A DNA stretch of 59,357 nt from the IMG/VR virus record IMGVR_UViG_3300032261_000006, positions 1 through 59,357 of that record, one strand, 5' to 3'. This DNA is from a virus. Its lineage: Duplodnaviria > Caudoviricetes. This document shows, piece after piece, positions 28,857 through 39,002 of the stretch; the stretch's first letter is position 1; every line of letters begins with the position of its first letter. The notes below the pieces were generated by a model. That model was not told the DNA's origin. It searched no databases and was given only the letters and a program-made list of their open reading frames with translations. The position numbers were made by a program, and so were the translations under genes.

Positions 28857-29537
28857 CTACGTGCCGCCAGCATTCACGGTCAGAGTGTAGGTGAATTGGA
28901 TCGAGTCGCCGCTCGCTACGGTAATGACGCCGAATACCCGCCTGTCCCATAGCGTGCCGCCTTGGGCTGCCTGATTGAACAAGCCCCATTCGGTGATGGA
29001 GAGCGCACCGGCATAAGTGATGGTGCCAATGCTCCTGTATTGATTGGTCACCGGATTCGATTGCGTGCCGGTGGCCCTGGTGGTTGGACCGGCCTGCGTG
29101 CCGAGGCCCGCATCGGTCGAAGTTGCGGCCACGGTGCCGGTGCCGGAATCGTGGAAGTTCATCGACGAAATGCGCGGCGACACTTGGCCCGACGCAAAAT
29201 CGGTAGCCAGAAAATTCGCGCCGCCAGTGACCACGAGGCCGCCGACGCCCAAGCCGATGAGATTTTGGACGCGTGGATCCGAGAGCAGTTTGGTCAACAT
29301 GTGCGTTTGATCCACGACGCCGTAAATTGACAGGAAAGCGGCGAATCCCATCGTGGCAGGAATAACGCCCCGCTGTTTGAGACCGCGCCAGATCGCCCGC
29401 CACCATTGAATGGGCCTCCCGATGAGACGGTGCTTTCTGCCGTCCGATAGGATGCCAAGGTCTTCGTGTGTGCCGTTTCTCCGGATCACTTTGGCCGAGA
29501 GTGATCCGTTCACGTCAATGATTTGTTGCATGTCCAT
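28857..29537 (-). CDS. virion structural protein
   Basis: VVTGGANF, SGTG, ITEWGLFN, GDSIQFTYTL; follows the capsid gene. Confidence 0.7.
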   Translation of the reverse strand: MDMQQIIDVNGSLSAKVIRRNGTHEDLGILSDGRKHRLIGRPIQWWRAIWRGLKQRGVIPATMGFAAFLSIYGVVDQTHMLTKLLSDPRVQNLIGLGVGGLVVTGGANFLATDFASGQVSPRISSMNFHDSGTGTVAATSTDAGLGTQAGPTTRATGTQSNPVTNQYRSIGTITYAGALSITEWGLFNQAAQGGTLWDRRVFGVITVASGDSIQFTYTLTVNAGGT

Positions 29538-29663
29538 TTCTTAGATTCCTCTCTGATGCCCGTCCCGACGTATTATGAGCGGCCCCGGAGGAGACCAACA
29601 GCCCAAGACCGCCCACACTCACCGTCCCCTGTAAGCGGCGGCAAGATCGGTTGGCGAGCGACG

Positions 29664-31160
29664 TCAGCCGAGCTTAATGTTGGCGATGAGGCCCATCCCA
29701 AATGGCACATAAGCTTGCAACACGCCATCGAAATAGACGCCATACTGATATTTGCGCGTGACCAAAGGCCATTCGATCTGGTAATACTCCTGCCGGGTCA
29801 GCAAGCGTCGTGCGGCTGGCACGTTGGCGTTGGGGTACGGCACAATGTCCAAATCGAAGAAGATCGCATTGGTGGACATGTAAGGATGCAGCCGGATCGG
29901 TATCTCTAAAGTGCCGCCCATGGCAAACTTGTTGAGATAGGACCCGACCACGGTGCCCGCCACCACATTGCCCTGGTCACTGCGGCCCGTTTCCAAATTC
30001 ACACGCATGATAGGCGTGCCGCCGTTGACCACAATTTTGGTGGTAATGTTTTTGCGCATCGCACCGCTGACCCACATGATGGAGGGCGAAATGCGGTAAT
30101 TGTCCCACCAGAACTGGAGCGCGGTATCGATTTCTGCGCAACCACCGGCACCGTCCGCCGTGAGCGTGGCGTTGTCTAGCGATTTGTAATAGCCGGTCGA
30201 ATTGAGGGCCTGTGCAATGAGGCCGTCGTAATCGAGGGTGTTCCTGGAATTGTCGGCGCTGAGGCCAACGGCACCGGCGTTGTACAAAGTGCCGGTCGGT
30301 ACAGCGGTGATCGTCACCGCGTTTATCGGCGTGATCGCCACCAAATTGCAGGACGCGGGAGTAGCGGCAGTTCCGATAAACCACGCGTAAGCGAACGCAC
30401 CTTTGGTAGCAGGAACCGTAGCGGTGATCGAGCCGCCAGCTACGGTAGTGACACCGGCACTGGCGACCGAAATTTGACCGATGCCGCCACCAAACGTATC
30501 TGTAGAGCCGTCAGCGTTGGTTCTGGTAATGGTTGGCGATAAACCGGCATTGGTGCCGGTAGCGAAATTGCGCGACGTGTCCAAAAATGCCTGCTGCGTC
30601 ATTGCCACGCAAAACAGGAAATAAGTGGTCGCGGCCAGCGAACCGCCAGTTGCAACGGCAGTGCCGACTGGCGTGCCGGTGACGCCGAGAGCCATACTGT
30701 TGTTGCCGTTGAGGTCAGTGATTTCCTCCTGAATCATGACCGATTGCAACAAAGTGAGACCAGCCAGGGCTCGTGCGTCGTCGAATCCGCGAGCGGCCAA
30801 TTCGGCTTCAAAAGTCACCGAATTCTCAAGGCCCATCGCTTTATGCGTGCCCAGCATGTCGGCTTCCTGTAACGTGATGACGCCGCCGCGATTTCCTTCC
30901 GCCAGTCCGGCGCGAACGTTCGCGGTATTGATGCCGGTGATTTGCTTCCAGTGGACTGCGAGACCGGCTCCGGGTTGAGCCGATGCGCGTGGAATTTCAT
31001 TGCGCAGCGGCGTTATGACTGGATAGAGCAGTTTGGCTGCCGGTTCCAGATCGTAGGCCACGATGCCCAAGGTGGTATCGATACCGGCCTTCTGTAGGGC
31101 AAGCGGCTGTTGAAAGTCCTTCAACATTTGAAGGGTGCGATCAATGATGCGAGGGTCCAT
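29664..31160 (-). CDS. major capsid protein
   Basis: YDLEPAAKLLYPVITPLRN.IPR, RQEYYQIEWP..RKYQYGVY; position after the protease. Confidence 0.85.
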   Translation of the reverse strand: MDPRIIDRTLQMLKDFQQPLALQKAGIDTTLGIVAYDLEPAAKLLYPVITPLRNEIPRASAQPGAGLAVHWKQITGINTANVRAGLAEGNRGGVITLQEADMLGTHKAMGLENSVTFEAELAARGFDDARALAGLTLLQSVMIQEEITDLNGNNSMALGVTGTPVGTAVATGGSLAATTYFLFCVAMTQQAFLDTSRNFATGTNAGLSPTITRTNADGSTDTFGGGIGQISVASAGVTTVAGGSITATVPATKGAFAYAWFIGTAATPASCNLVAITPINAVTITAVPTGTLYNAGAVGLSADNSRNTLDYDGLIAQALNSTGYYKSLDNATLTADGAGGCAEIDTALQFWWDNYRISPSIMWVSGAMRKNITTKIVVNGGTPIMRVNLETGRSDQGNVVAGTVVGSYLNKFAMGGTLEIPIRLHPYMSTNAIFFDLDIVPYPNANVPAARRLLTRQEYYQIEWPLVTRKYQYGVYFDGVLQAYVPFGMGLIANIKLG

Positions 31161-31211
31161 GTGTTCAATCTCCTGAAGAAGAATTCGCGAATTGAGTCAA
31201 GGCTGGGAAGG

Positions 31212-33005
31212 CTAGCGCTTGCCTACGATGACTCGGCTTGGGCCGGAAGAAATGGAAGCCCTGGCAGCTTCGAGGGCTTTGGTCATGTCGGTTTGGCTGC
31301 CTTTGGTGGCGACGGATTCGCTAACCGGCGGATGGCCGTCGTTTCCTTTGTCGACGACTGTGGTCACCACCTGAGAAGGAGCGGGTTGGTTGAGGAATTT
31401 GCCGATAAACGCCGTCAGCAATTCGCTCTGTTTTTCGAAAGACGCCTCCATCGCAGTCAGACGGCTATCGTATTTCTCCATGGCGCCGCTGATCAACTTG
31501 GCGGCTGGTGCGTCTTCCTGCGCAGCGGTTCTGTGCTCTATGTTGTGCTGTACCGGCTCCTCGCTCTTCTCTTTCAATTCGCCCTCGCCGAGCAATTCTT
31601 TCAGCGAGTCGCCCATGCTCCTGTGATGGTTGGCGATCCTGTCCACGTGTTTGCCGATCTCAGCCAAATGCGTGGCCATTTTTTGCAAATCGGTGTTGTC
31701 AGGAGCAAGGAGAGCCGCTTTCTGGACCACCTTGCTCAGTTCGTGTAGCTTCGTGACCATTGCGGTCACCTCCTTACCTATTGCTGCTTGACCTACTAAC
31801 TCTTTGGATTCCTCCTGCGCCAATTGGACGAGCAATTGACCCAAATGATCCAATTCCTCGCGCATTTTGGCCGGTAACTCCGATTCGTCCATCTCGTATT
31901 CGGCTTCCTCCTCCAGACAGTTCTGGATGCAAGCCAACTGCTCCAAGATGCAAGCCAGCGCCGAGACGTCCTGCATGCTCTTTTTCAATTCGAAGCCGAA
32001 TAATGTTTTGGCGTGCTGCGCCGCGAATCCGGAAGCGTCAATTCCGTGCTTCTTTGCTTCCGAAACGATGCGCCGTGCCGCTGTCTTTTTCTTTTCGGCG
32101 TCCGGCATGTCGGTCTGGTTGAACCGACCGAGAGCCGCTCGCACATGGCCCTCGTCGTGCACCGGCAAATGCCAAGTGGATTTGTCCTTTGGATCGCCTA
32201 CATAAGCGTGATCGCGCATCGGCACCGCTTCGCCGCTGTGCGTCTTGGTATTGTTGTCGTCCTCCTTCCGCAATTTACGCATCGACGCCATACCCTCGGC
32301 AAATTCTGCGCGCAAACCGTCGACCGACTTTTGCAGTTCGTAGAGATAGCCGTCCGGCCCGCCCACAAATTTGCGCAATTCCGTGCCGGTGCCGTCTAAT
32401 TTGACGGCTTCAAACGTCGCCCCGTACATGCACGGGTTATCTACCAGCGAGCCTTCGACAGGACGTGCCGTGTAGCGTGTGGCTTTGAGCACCGGGTCGT
32501 CCCAGCGTTTGACGTAATCGCCGCCGACCGAGAATCCGGTGTAGACGCCTTCCATGCATTTCTTCCAGGCTTGATCATCCACGACTTTTGCGCCGACGCG
32601 CACCTTTTTGGCCGGATCGTCGTATTCAACCGCAATGAACTTACCTGCTGCGCCGCCAGATTTGCCGTGCATCTCGCGCAGGTTCCCCATGGAGGGCTGG
32701 TCGAGATGGTCGGTCATCTTCTGGAATTGTGTATTCCATTCCTTGAAATAAGGAACGCTGGACGCGTAATCGAAGATCTCTTTGGCTTTGTCCACGGCCT
32801 CTTCAGCCAGAATGCCCCAGACCTCTCTTCGCTGCTCGTCCACTTTAGTGATCGGAATGAACATTTTCATAGTGCGTTTCCTCCGGGATTTTCCGGCCTT
32901 TCTGTAGGCTGCTGCCGCCGCCTGATCAGCCGGATGCCCAGCTTCTATCATTTCGCTGATGTTCTCCGAGATCGTCGCTTGACTGGAACCCGGCTTGAGC
33001 GGCAT
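31212..33005 (-). CDS. prohead protease / scaffold fusion
   Basis: KVDEQRREVWG, NLREMH, GVYTGFSVGG, EGSLVDNPC; extra PLK..S..TISENI and LPVHDEGHVRAALGRFNQ domains. Confidence 0.85.
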   Translation of the reverse strand: MPLKPGSSQATISENISEMIEAGHPADQAAAAAYRKAGKSRRKRTMKMFIPITKVDEQRREVWGILAEEAVDKAKEIFDYASSVPYFKEWNTQFQKMTDHLDQPSMGNLREMHGKSGGAAGKFIAVEYDDPAKKVRVGAKVVDDQAWKKCMEGVYTGFSVGGDYVKRWDDPVLKATRYTARPVEGSLVDNPCMYGATFEAVKLDGTGTELRKFVGGPDGYLYELQKSVDGLRAEFAEGMASMRKLRKEDDNNTKTHSGEAVPMRDHAYVGDPKDKSTWHLPVHDEGHVRAALGRFNQTDMPDAEKKKTAARRIVSEAKKHGIDASGFAAQHAKTLFGFELKKSMQDVSALACILEQLACIQNCLEEEAEYEMDESELPAKMREELDHLGQLLVQLAQEESKELVGQAAIGKEVTAMVTKLHELSKVVQKAALLAPDNTDLQKMATHLAEIGKHVDRIANHHRSMGDSLKELLGEGELKEKSEEPVQHNIEHRTAAQEDAPAAKLISGAMEKYDSRLTAMEASFEKQSELLTAFIGKFLNQPAPSQVVTTVVDKGNDGHPPVSESVATKGSQTDMTKALEAARASISSGPSRVIVGKR

Positions 33006-33009
33006 AAGT

Positions 33010-33246
33010 TTACACCGGTGGCGTCGCTGGCGCTGTTGTTTCCGTTGACGTTGCCTCTGCTGGCGTTGCCTCTGCTGGCGTTGCCGCTTCCGGTGCTGGT
33101 GGCGGTTCCGGTATCAAGTCAACGCGTATCACAGCCACCATGTGAGCCTGCGACATGACGTGAATTTCACCGGCTGAAGTTGGAGCTTTCGGCAGTTCCA
33201 ATTCGACTTTATTGCCATCTTCTAGATAGCAAAGGAACTTTGGCAT
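33010..33246 (-). CDS. hypothetical protein with PAEAT repeats
   Basis: 15-bp tandem unit GTTGCCTCTGCTGGC near 33050-33085. Confidence 0.55.
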   Translation of the reverse strand: MPKFLCYLEDGNKVELELPKAPTSAGEIHVMSQAHMVAVIRVDLIPEPPPAPEAATPAEATPAEATSTETTAPATPPV

Positions 33247-33252
33247 TTTTCT

Positions 33253-33645
33253 TCACCTCCCGTACATGTGTTTGGTACGTTCGCTTATTTCTTGAGCCCT
33301 GCGTCGATACTCCTCTCCGAGTTGTCTCGATTCTTCCTGCTGCAGAGCTTCTAACCTGGAAATCGATCGTCGCTGAATGGCAACTGCAGCGTTGAGGTAA
33401 TTACGCGCCTTCTCAACGTCAGCCCAAGCGGCATCGGCTGCTGCTTTTGGTGCCATCGCGTCTAACTGAGCTTCGCGTTCCACTGTACCCGGATAAGCGT
33501 CTGCCGGTTCATGTTCCGGCTCCGGTGCCGGATCTGGCTGCGGATCGGACCGGTGCCCCAAAATTGACAGCGGCAGTGGCTGTGGCAGCGGCTTCTGCGG
33601 CTTCGGGTTACTTTTCGGCTTCCGGTTATTTATTCTGGTTGCCAT
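33253..33645 (-). CDS. hypothetical protein
   Basis: GAGG RBS, operon packing. Confidence 0.6.
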   Translation of the reverse strand: MATRINNRKPKSNPKPQKPLPQPLPLSILGHRSDPQPDPAPEPEHEPADAYPGTVEREAQLDAMAPKAAADAAWADVEKARNYLNAAVAIQRRSISRLEALQQEESRQLGEEYRRRAQEISERTKHMYGR

Positions 33646-33651
33646 TTTGCC

Positions 33652-34281
33652 TCACAATAGATACGTAGTGATTTGATTCTGCACCGCTGTCTGTAAATTA
33701 GCGTCGCTGACGCCGTAAAGCACCGTGTTAACTAACGGGTCAAGAACGACCGGCAAAGCGATGACGTTGACGACGCCGCTCAGATTACCAACCGCTTGCC
33801 TTGCCCATGCAGCTCGACTGGAATGACTCGTAGTCGTGATTGGTTCCGCCATGATTTGGGCAATAAACGCAACCACAGCCGCTTGGATGCGAGCCCGGAA
33901 ATTTCCGTCATTAGCCGTATTAAAAGAGTTTGTATAATCAACAACCTTCGTCGCGTCTGTATTGGCAATGGAATCGACACTTGTTTGGATTTGGGCGTCC
34001 GTTATGGCAGCGTCAATTGTATCTGGCGGAGTACCCTTGGCTAACGCGCTGACTGAACTGATAATGTTTGGATCTTGAGTCACCCTCGGCATGAGAAAAT
34101 TCATTGCCGTGCCCTGGATGTTTTGCAGCGATTTAGTCGCCCAAGCGAGACGCTGCTCGTGATTGGGTGCCGTTGCAGCTTCAGTGGCGACTGTGTTGAT
34201 GTAAGTCTCCAAGGCGTACGTCACGCGTTGGATGAATGAAGCGTCAGCGGCCAGAGCCTTCATATCGGAGTAGGCAGCCAT
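33652..34281 (-). CDS. hypothetical virion-module protein with internal duplication
   Basis: Two copies of D..F..R...A......E......H..R.AWA. Confidence 0.65.
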   Translation of the reverse strand: MAAYSDMKALAADASFIQRVTYALETYINTVATEAATAPNHEQRLAWATKSLQNIQGTAMNFLMPRVTQDPNIISSVSALAKGTPPDTIDAAITDAQIQTSVDSIANTDATKVVDYTNSFNTANDGNFRARIQAAVVAFIAQIMAEPITTTSHSSRAAWARQAVGNLSGVVNVIALPVVLDPLVNTVLYGVSDANLQTAVQNQITTYLL

Positions 34282-35385
34282 TTATTCCTCCCCTTCGGTT
34301 TCACTTATTAGCACAGCCACGTTGGTGCAGTTGCAATTCGGGTGGTACGGCGCACTTTCGTCGCCGCTCGGGTATTCCTCACCGAGAGGAATTGGACCGG
34401 CATCGGCATTATCGTCACATTCATCATCGTGGTCGTGGTCATCGCTCAACAACGATTCCGTGGCCTCCACGACACCCGACCTCTTCCAGGAATTCAACGC
34501 GCCATTCATGCTGGCCATGGCGGTTTCGGTGCGCGCTATCATTTTGGCCCGCGCTTCGCTGAATTCATAATTGTTCTCCAGGACTACTTTCAATTGGGCC
34601 GGTGTGAGGCCGTCCTGGTAAGCCTGCGTAATGTGGTCGCGCAGCATGTCCCTGGTTCCTTCAGTGATGGCCCATTTGGCGTCCGGATTATCGATCAATT
34701 GGCCGTTGACCCATTTTTTGCCGACCATTTCAGCAGCACGGTCCTCGGCATATTCGATCGCATCCGTATTGAGCAGATCAACGATGCGCGTTTCATCGAC
34801 CGTGACTTGTACGTTATCGGTCAATTCACGCCATGCTCGCATAGCTTCCTGACGGCCCAATTCACCCAGAATGGCCGGAATCTGCCGCACCATGTCGTCC
34901 ATCTGGCTCAAATCGATGGCATCTAACAGCACGTCTAAACTCTTCTTTTCGATATAGGCCGACACCACGTCGTCACGGACCTGTGATTCAACCTCGTCGA
35001 AGTTGCTGCTGATCACTTCAAATAGCTGCCGCCGCGCCTGGGCCTTGGCTGGCGATTCAGAATCGGGCCGGATCTTTAATTTGTACGCGGCTTTGGCCAA
35101 TTTACCGACGATGTTGTTTCCAGTCACGCCATCGGTGATGAGAATTTCGGTGTGGCCTTCCATCATACCGATAAGCGCTTTGGCCGTGGTAACTACATCG
35201 GCTGGCTGCCGGATGGCTCGCAGTTCCTCGATGCATTGCTCCACTTCTGCTTTACCGTCAATCCGGCCCTGGTCGAAGAGGATGGACGTGAATTTGCCGT
35301 TGGCCGCCGCAATCAGATCGGCGTAGCCATTGTTCGAAGCAAACTGGCCCTGCGATCCGTCCTCTGTCACCAGTTCATAGCTCAT
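34282..35385 (-). CDS. MuF / SPP1 gp7-like minor head protein
   Basis: RAKMIARTETAMA, ECDDN, PYHPNCNC. Confidence 0.85.
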   Translation of the reverse strand: MSYELVTEDGSQGQFASNNGYADLIAAANGKFTSILFDQGRIDGKAEVEQCIEELRAIRQPADVVTTAKALIGMMEGHTEILITDGVTGNNIVGKLAKAAYKLKIRPDSESPAKAQARRQLFEVISSNFDEVESQVRDDVVSAYIEKKSLDVLLDAIDLSQMDDMVRQIPAILGELGRQEAMRAWRELTDNVQVTVDETRIVDLLNTDAIEYAEDRAAEMVGKKWVNGQLIDNPDAKWAITEGTRDMLRDHITQAYQDGLTPAQLKVVLENNYEFSEARAKMIARTETAMASMNGALNSWKRSGVVEATESLLSDDHDHDDECDDNADAGPIPLGEEYPSGDESAPYHPNCNCTNVAVLISETEGEE

Positions 35386-38099
35386 TTGACTAGCGTCTTC
35401 AACTCGGCCAGCGTGACTTTCTGCATGCTTCCAATGCGAAAGCTGCCGACGCCCTTGCTGAAATAATAGGAGGCTCGGCTGCGGTCGCGCATGTCGGCTA
35501 CCACGGTGTACATGCGTAGATTGTTCTGCGCCGCAAAGTCCAACTTGCGCGCCCGCGATTCCGGGTGCATGGTGATCTTGTCATTTTTATTGTCGATCAG
35601 CGTCTTGATTTCAATGCCCCGGCCCTTGTCGTGTAGATCAAATGGGGCATTATCGTCTGTGCGCTCGATACCGAGAGCGGAGGCAAGTTTACGCTCGCTT
35701 TCATCGGCAATGCGCTGTTTCTCGGCGGTTGACGGTTTGTAGTTAGCTTTGGCCAATTCAGCCTTGGTACTAACCCTGCCACCTTCAGGCGGAGCGGCCC
35801 CGGCACCGGCAGTAAATTCGCCTTTCTCATCCCGTGGGTGATCTTCTTCACTCCAATCAGCCTTTCGCACCCCGGTATTCTGTTCCACCGCTGCGGCCCG
35901 GTCGTCCCAGAAACGTATGATGTCCGGCGTCTTCTCCGACGTCACCGGCAGCACCGCGCCGAAAACTTCACGACACCAATCTTCAATGTGGGCTCGCGCA
36001 CCGTTTGGGTCGCCGTTGGCTACGCGTGCAGTGAAAATCACAACCGGTCGGCCTTCGGCAAGGAATCGCTTCACGCGATTGACCATCATCGGGATTGGTG
36101 CGCCGATGTGGTCAACGCCTTGGAATCCATTGTATTCAGCCAAGGTGCCGTCCAAATCCACGGCCTCGGTGCCGAAATCGAGACCCAGGGAGGTCTTGTA
36201 TTCGGAGACCGGCACGGCTTCAATTTCGCCGAGCGAATCAAGCGGATACATCGACAGGAACGCTTCAACCGCTTGATCCTGGCTCTGGAACCCGATCAAT
36301 ACTTTGTCCTCGTCATCGTAAGTGAAATCCGCGATGTACACCATTTCCGCCGATTCATCCGGCCCGAGAATCGCATCAATTTCGTCTCCGTCCCGTCCGT
36401 CGGTGCCTCTGATAAATCCGTAATCATGTTGAAGCAGCCGATCATAAACCACTGCGTTTTGGTCGTCGCGGATGGTTCGCTGCGTGTTTGCCGGGAATTC
36501 AATAGCTATGGGAAGACCGGCGAATTGTCGAAGGGTCAGTAAACCAGAGTCTTTTTTTTTTAACCTCTTGACTATCGGCACGCCGCGTTCACTGGCAGTC
36601 GTCGGTGGTGGTGGCGCTTGCCCCGGTTGCGGCAACAGTCCGCCTCCCATTTGCCCCGGCTGCGGTGGCGGAACTCTGCCAATGTCGGTGGCTGGTATCG
36701 GGCCGGTGCCGGTCAGAACGTAAGGCGGCACGCCAAATGGATCTTCGCCATCGCGCTCGCGTAGTTCATCGATCGAATACTTGCCCATGGAGACGTAGAT
36801 CTTGTCGATCTGGGCCTGCTTCAATTGATCCGACTGCTGTTCATCCTGCCAAGCGAATTCAATATCCGATTCATTGATGAAGTACGGATCTTGAATCAGC
36901 ATATTCATCACTTCTTCAAGAAACGACATCAACGGAATCAAACCTTCGGCCAGCGCCGCTTCCTGCAAACTTTGACTAGTGGCTCGGTTCATGATGCGGA
37001 CAAATGGCGTAGGCGGCACGGAGAAGCAATAACAGACCACGCGAGCCAACCATTCGTCCATTTCGTCTTTGAGCATCTCGGCTTTGGTCTGCAGAATGTT
37101 CTTGGCTTCCGGTACGATCCACATTCGCCGCCGCGCCTGCAGGTCGCCACTGTATTGATCCAGCATCTTTTGCAACTTATCAATTTCTTCCAGAGACCAC
37201 GTGTCCGGCGCTGAAATAATCATTTCAGGCACGTTGCCGCTGGTGTAATAAGCAAGCTGTGACATCTGCCGCCGCAAGGCCAAATTGATAGTGATGAGGA
37301 TCTGTTCGACCGGACCGAAACCGTAGATGCGCCGCGAACGAATGTTGCGCGGGCAATAGGCCATTTCACTGGCTTTGATGTTGGTTGCCGGTAAGCCTTT
37401 GATGATTTGTTGATAGGCAAAGCTTGGCGGTTGTGGCGTCCGGCCGTTTTGATCGATCAAACGCTTGATGTATTGACCATCAACCACATCGATGGCCCAG
37501 ATGCCACCGCCGTTGGTGCGTCTCGGATAAATTGACAGCGCATCAGTGACAAAAATGTCCTCAAGCACGGCCCGAATCCACTGTTGCCAAGAGTGGTCTC
37601 CGTCCGGCTTCTTGAAAAATTCAGTCAAATCCCGGATGCGCGGATCGGTCAACGTTTTGGATTGCATGTCGGCAATCTTCACTCCCGGCAATTGCTTCAG
37701 CCGGAAATGCCACGGCATCTTCGAGACTTGATCCTTGCGCGTTTCAATCACGAGCCGCAGCAAGTCGTAATTGTCGGCCAGCGAAATCAATTGCTGAAAT
37801 GAGACGCCTTCGGTCGATTTCGGATAAGTGGCCTGCAGGTTGACGCCGAATGGGTAGTCAAATGTGCGGACCTCAAAATCCGGTGGCGCAACGGGCGGCA
37901 ACGGCTGCTGCGGCCCAAACCACTCACGACCGGTTAGCGTGGCGATGGCGTTGTAGGACCTGCCAGCAAACGTAAACGAGCCCTCAGAAGCTCGTGACTG
38001 TTCCATGGTCGGCGTGCCGGAAATCGCCAGCGGATAAACTGGCGCTGCGCGACCGGCATCAGCGTCATGGGGTGTGATTAATTTGTCGAGAAAGGCCAT
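35382..38099 (-). CDS. portal protein fused to inorganic pyrophosphatase, HAD phosphatase and PD-(D/E)xK domains
   Basis: Portal: LVIETRKDQ, YGFGPVE, YYTSGNVP, SIDELRERDGEDP. InPase: YGFIRGT.GRDGDEID, DEDK. HAD: VDLDGTLA, IFTAR, WDDRA. Then HPRDEKGEF and PFDL..IEIKT. Confidence 0.85.
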   Translation of the reverse strand: MAFLDKLITPHDADAGRAAPVYPLAISGTPTMEQSRASEGSFTFAGRSYNAIATLTGREWFGPQQPLPPVAPPDFEVRTFDYPFGVNLQATYPKSTEGVSFQQLISLADNYDLLRLVIETRKDQVSKMPWHFRLKQLPGVKIADMQSKTLTDPRIRDLTEFFKKPDGDHSWQQWIRAVLEDIFVTDALSIYPRRTNGGGIWAIDVVDGQYIKRLIDQNGRTPQPPSFAYQQIIKGLPATNIKASEMAYCPRNIRSRRIYGFGPVEQILITINLALRRQMSQLAYYTSGNVPEMIISAPDTWSLEEIDKLQKMLDQYSGDLQARRRMWIVPEAKNILQTKAEMLKDEMDEWLARVVCYCFSVPPTPFVRIMNRATSQSLQEAALAEGLIPLMSFLEEVMNMLIQDPYFINESDIEFAWQDEQQSDQLKQAQIDKIYVSMGKYSIDELRERDGEDPFGVPPYVLTGTGPIPATDIGRVPPPQPGQMGGGLLPQPGQAPPPPTTASERGVPIVKRLKKKDSGLLTLRQFAGLPIAIEFPANTQRTIRDDQNAVVYDRLLQHDYGFIRGTDGRDGDEIDAILGPDESAEMVYIADFTYDDEDKVLIGFQSQDQAVEAFLSMYPLDSLGEIEAVPVSEYKTSLGLDFGTEAVDLDGTLAEYNGFQGVDHIGAPIPMMVNRVKRFLAEGRPVVIFTARVANGDPNGARAHIEDWCREVFGAVLPVTSEKTPDIIRFWDDRAAAVEQNTGVRKADWSEEDHPRDEKGEFTAGAGAAPPEGGRVSTKAELAKANYKPSTAEKQRIADESERKLASALGIERTDDNAPFDLHDKGRGIEIKTLIDNKNDKITMHPESRARKLDFAAQNNLRMYTVVADMRDRSRASYYFSKGVGSFRIGSMQKVTLAELKTLVK

Positions 38100-38326
38100 T
38101 ATTTGCGAGACCCGATCATTGCAGCCCAAATCATAGCCGCGCCCGTAAAAACGAGAGCGCCTGGACCGGCATAAGGTGTAGGCAAACGCCAGATGCCGAC
38201 GGCAATCGCGCCGATGCCGCCGAAGAAAATGACGTCGAGAAGGAGATTGCGTAATTTGGTGTTCTTGAATTCCACCACTCGCTGGTTGGCTTTGGCCAGT
38301 GCCGTATTGGCTTTATCGGAAATCAT
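38099..38326 (-). CDS. two-TM membrane protein (holin candidate)
   Basis: Two hydrophobic helices; directly upstream of the portal. Confidence 0.55.
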   Translation of the reverse strand: MISDKANTALAKANQRVVEFKNTKLRNLLLDVIFFGGIGAIAVGIWRLPTPYAGPGALVFTGAAMIWAAMIGSRK

Positions 38327-38553
38327 TCATCCTCCAAGTAGTGCCAAGTGCCGGGTGTCAGGTCTTTATCGTACGCAGCTTCGACAAGTATCTCACCAGG
38401 AATTGAATCGAAAACCAGCCGCAGGTGGATCCTGGTGCTGTTATCGTGGGCCGGTATTCCGACGAATTCGGCCCAACAATAGACCGTGCCGTATTTGGTG
38501 CCGCTAGAATAACGAACAACAGCACCGAGAACCGACGGACGCCTCTCATTCAA
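38323..38553 (-). CDS. hypothetical protein
   Basis: PSVLG.VV.Y, L.L.VF, PGTWH; ATGA-coupled. Confidence 0.6.
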   Translation of the reverse strand: MNERRPSVLGAVVRYSSGTKYGTVYCWAEFVGIPAHDNSTRIHLRLVFDSIPGEILVEAAYDKDLTPGTWHYLEDE

Positions 38554-38996
38554 CGCAACTGGTCCAGACCGCTCTTTGGGAATTTGAAGTCGGCAGCTGC
38601 GACATTGGCGATCATGGAATGCTGATTGAATTGGTCCTTATGGTTCTCGTACGCCGCTTCAAGTTGTAGAGCTAGCGCCTCGTTTCCCTCGGATTTAGCT
38701 TTCTGCGCACCCTTCAAGGCAAGCCTTGCCGCGTCGGCGTGTGCCAATGCAGCGTCCCGGTGAGCGCCGTATGAAGGATGGCCCTCGGCCCGCAAACTGG
38801 CCTCGTCCGCCAAATTCACAGCAGCGTGCAAGTCGTCCAGTCCCAGCGGTTCCGGTAGAGGCGGTGAATCGGTGATCGGTATTTTATCTTCGATCGACGA
38901 TTCGGTGTGTAATTTGGTCAGCGATTCCGGCTTGATGCGTTCCTTTTCCGCCGCGTTGAAAGCCGCGATAAACAGTTCTGGCGTCATAGTCCACAT
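38550..38996 (-). CDS. hypothetical protein
   Basis: GGGAG RBS after TerL. Confidence 0.6.
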   Translation of the reverse strand: MWTMTPELFIAAFNAAEKERIKPESLTKLHTESSIEDKIPITDSPPLPEPLGLDDLHAAVNLADEASLRAEGHPSYGAHRDAALAHADAARLALKGAQKAKSEGNEALALQLEAAYENHKDQFNQHSMIANVAAADFKFPKSGLDQLR

Positions 38997-39002
38997 GCTC
39001 CC

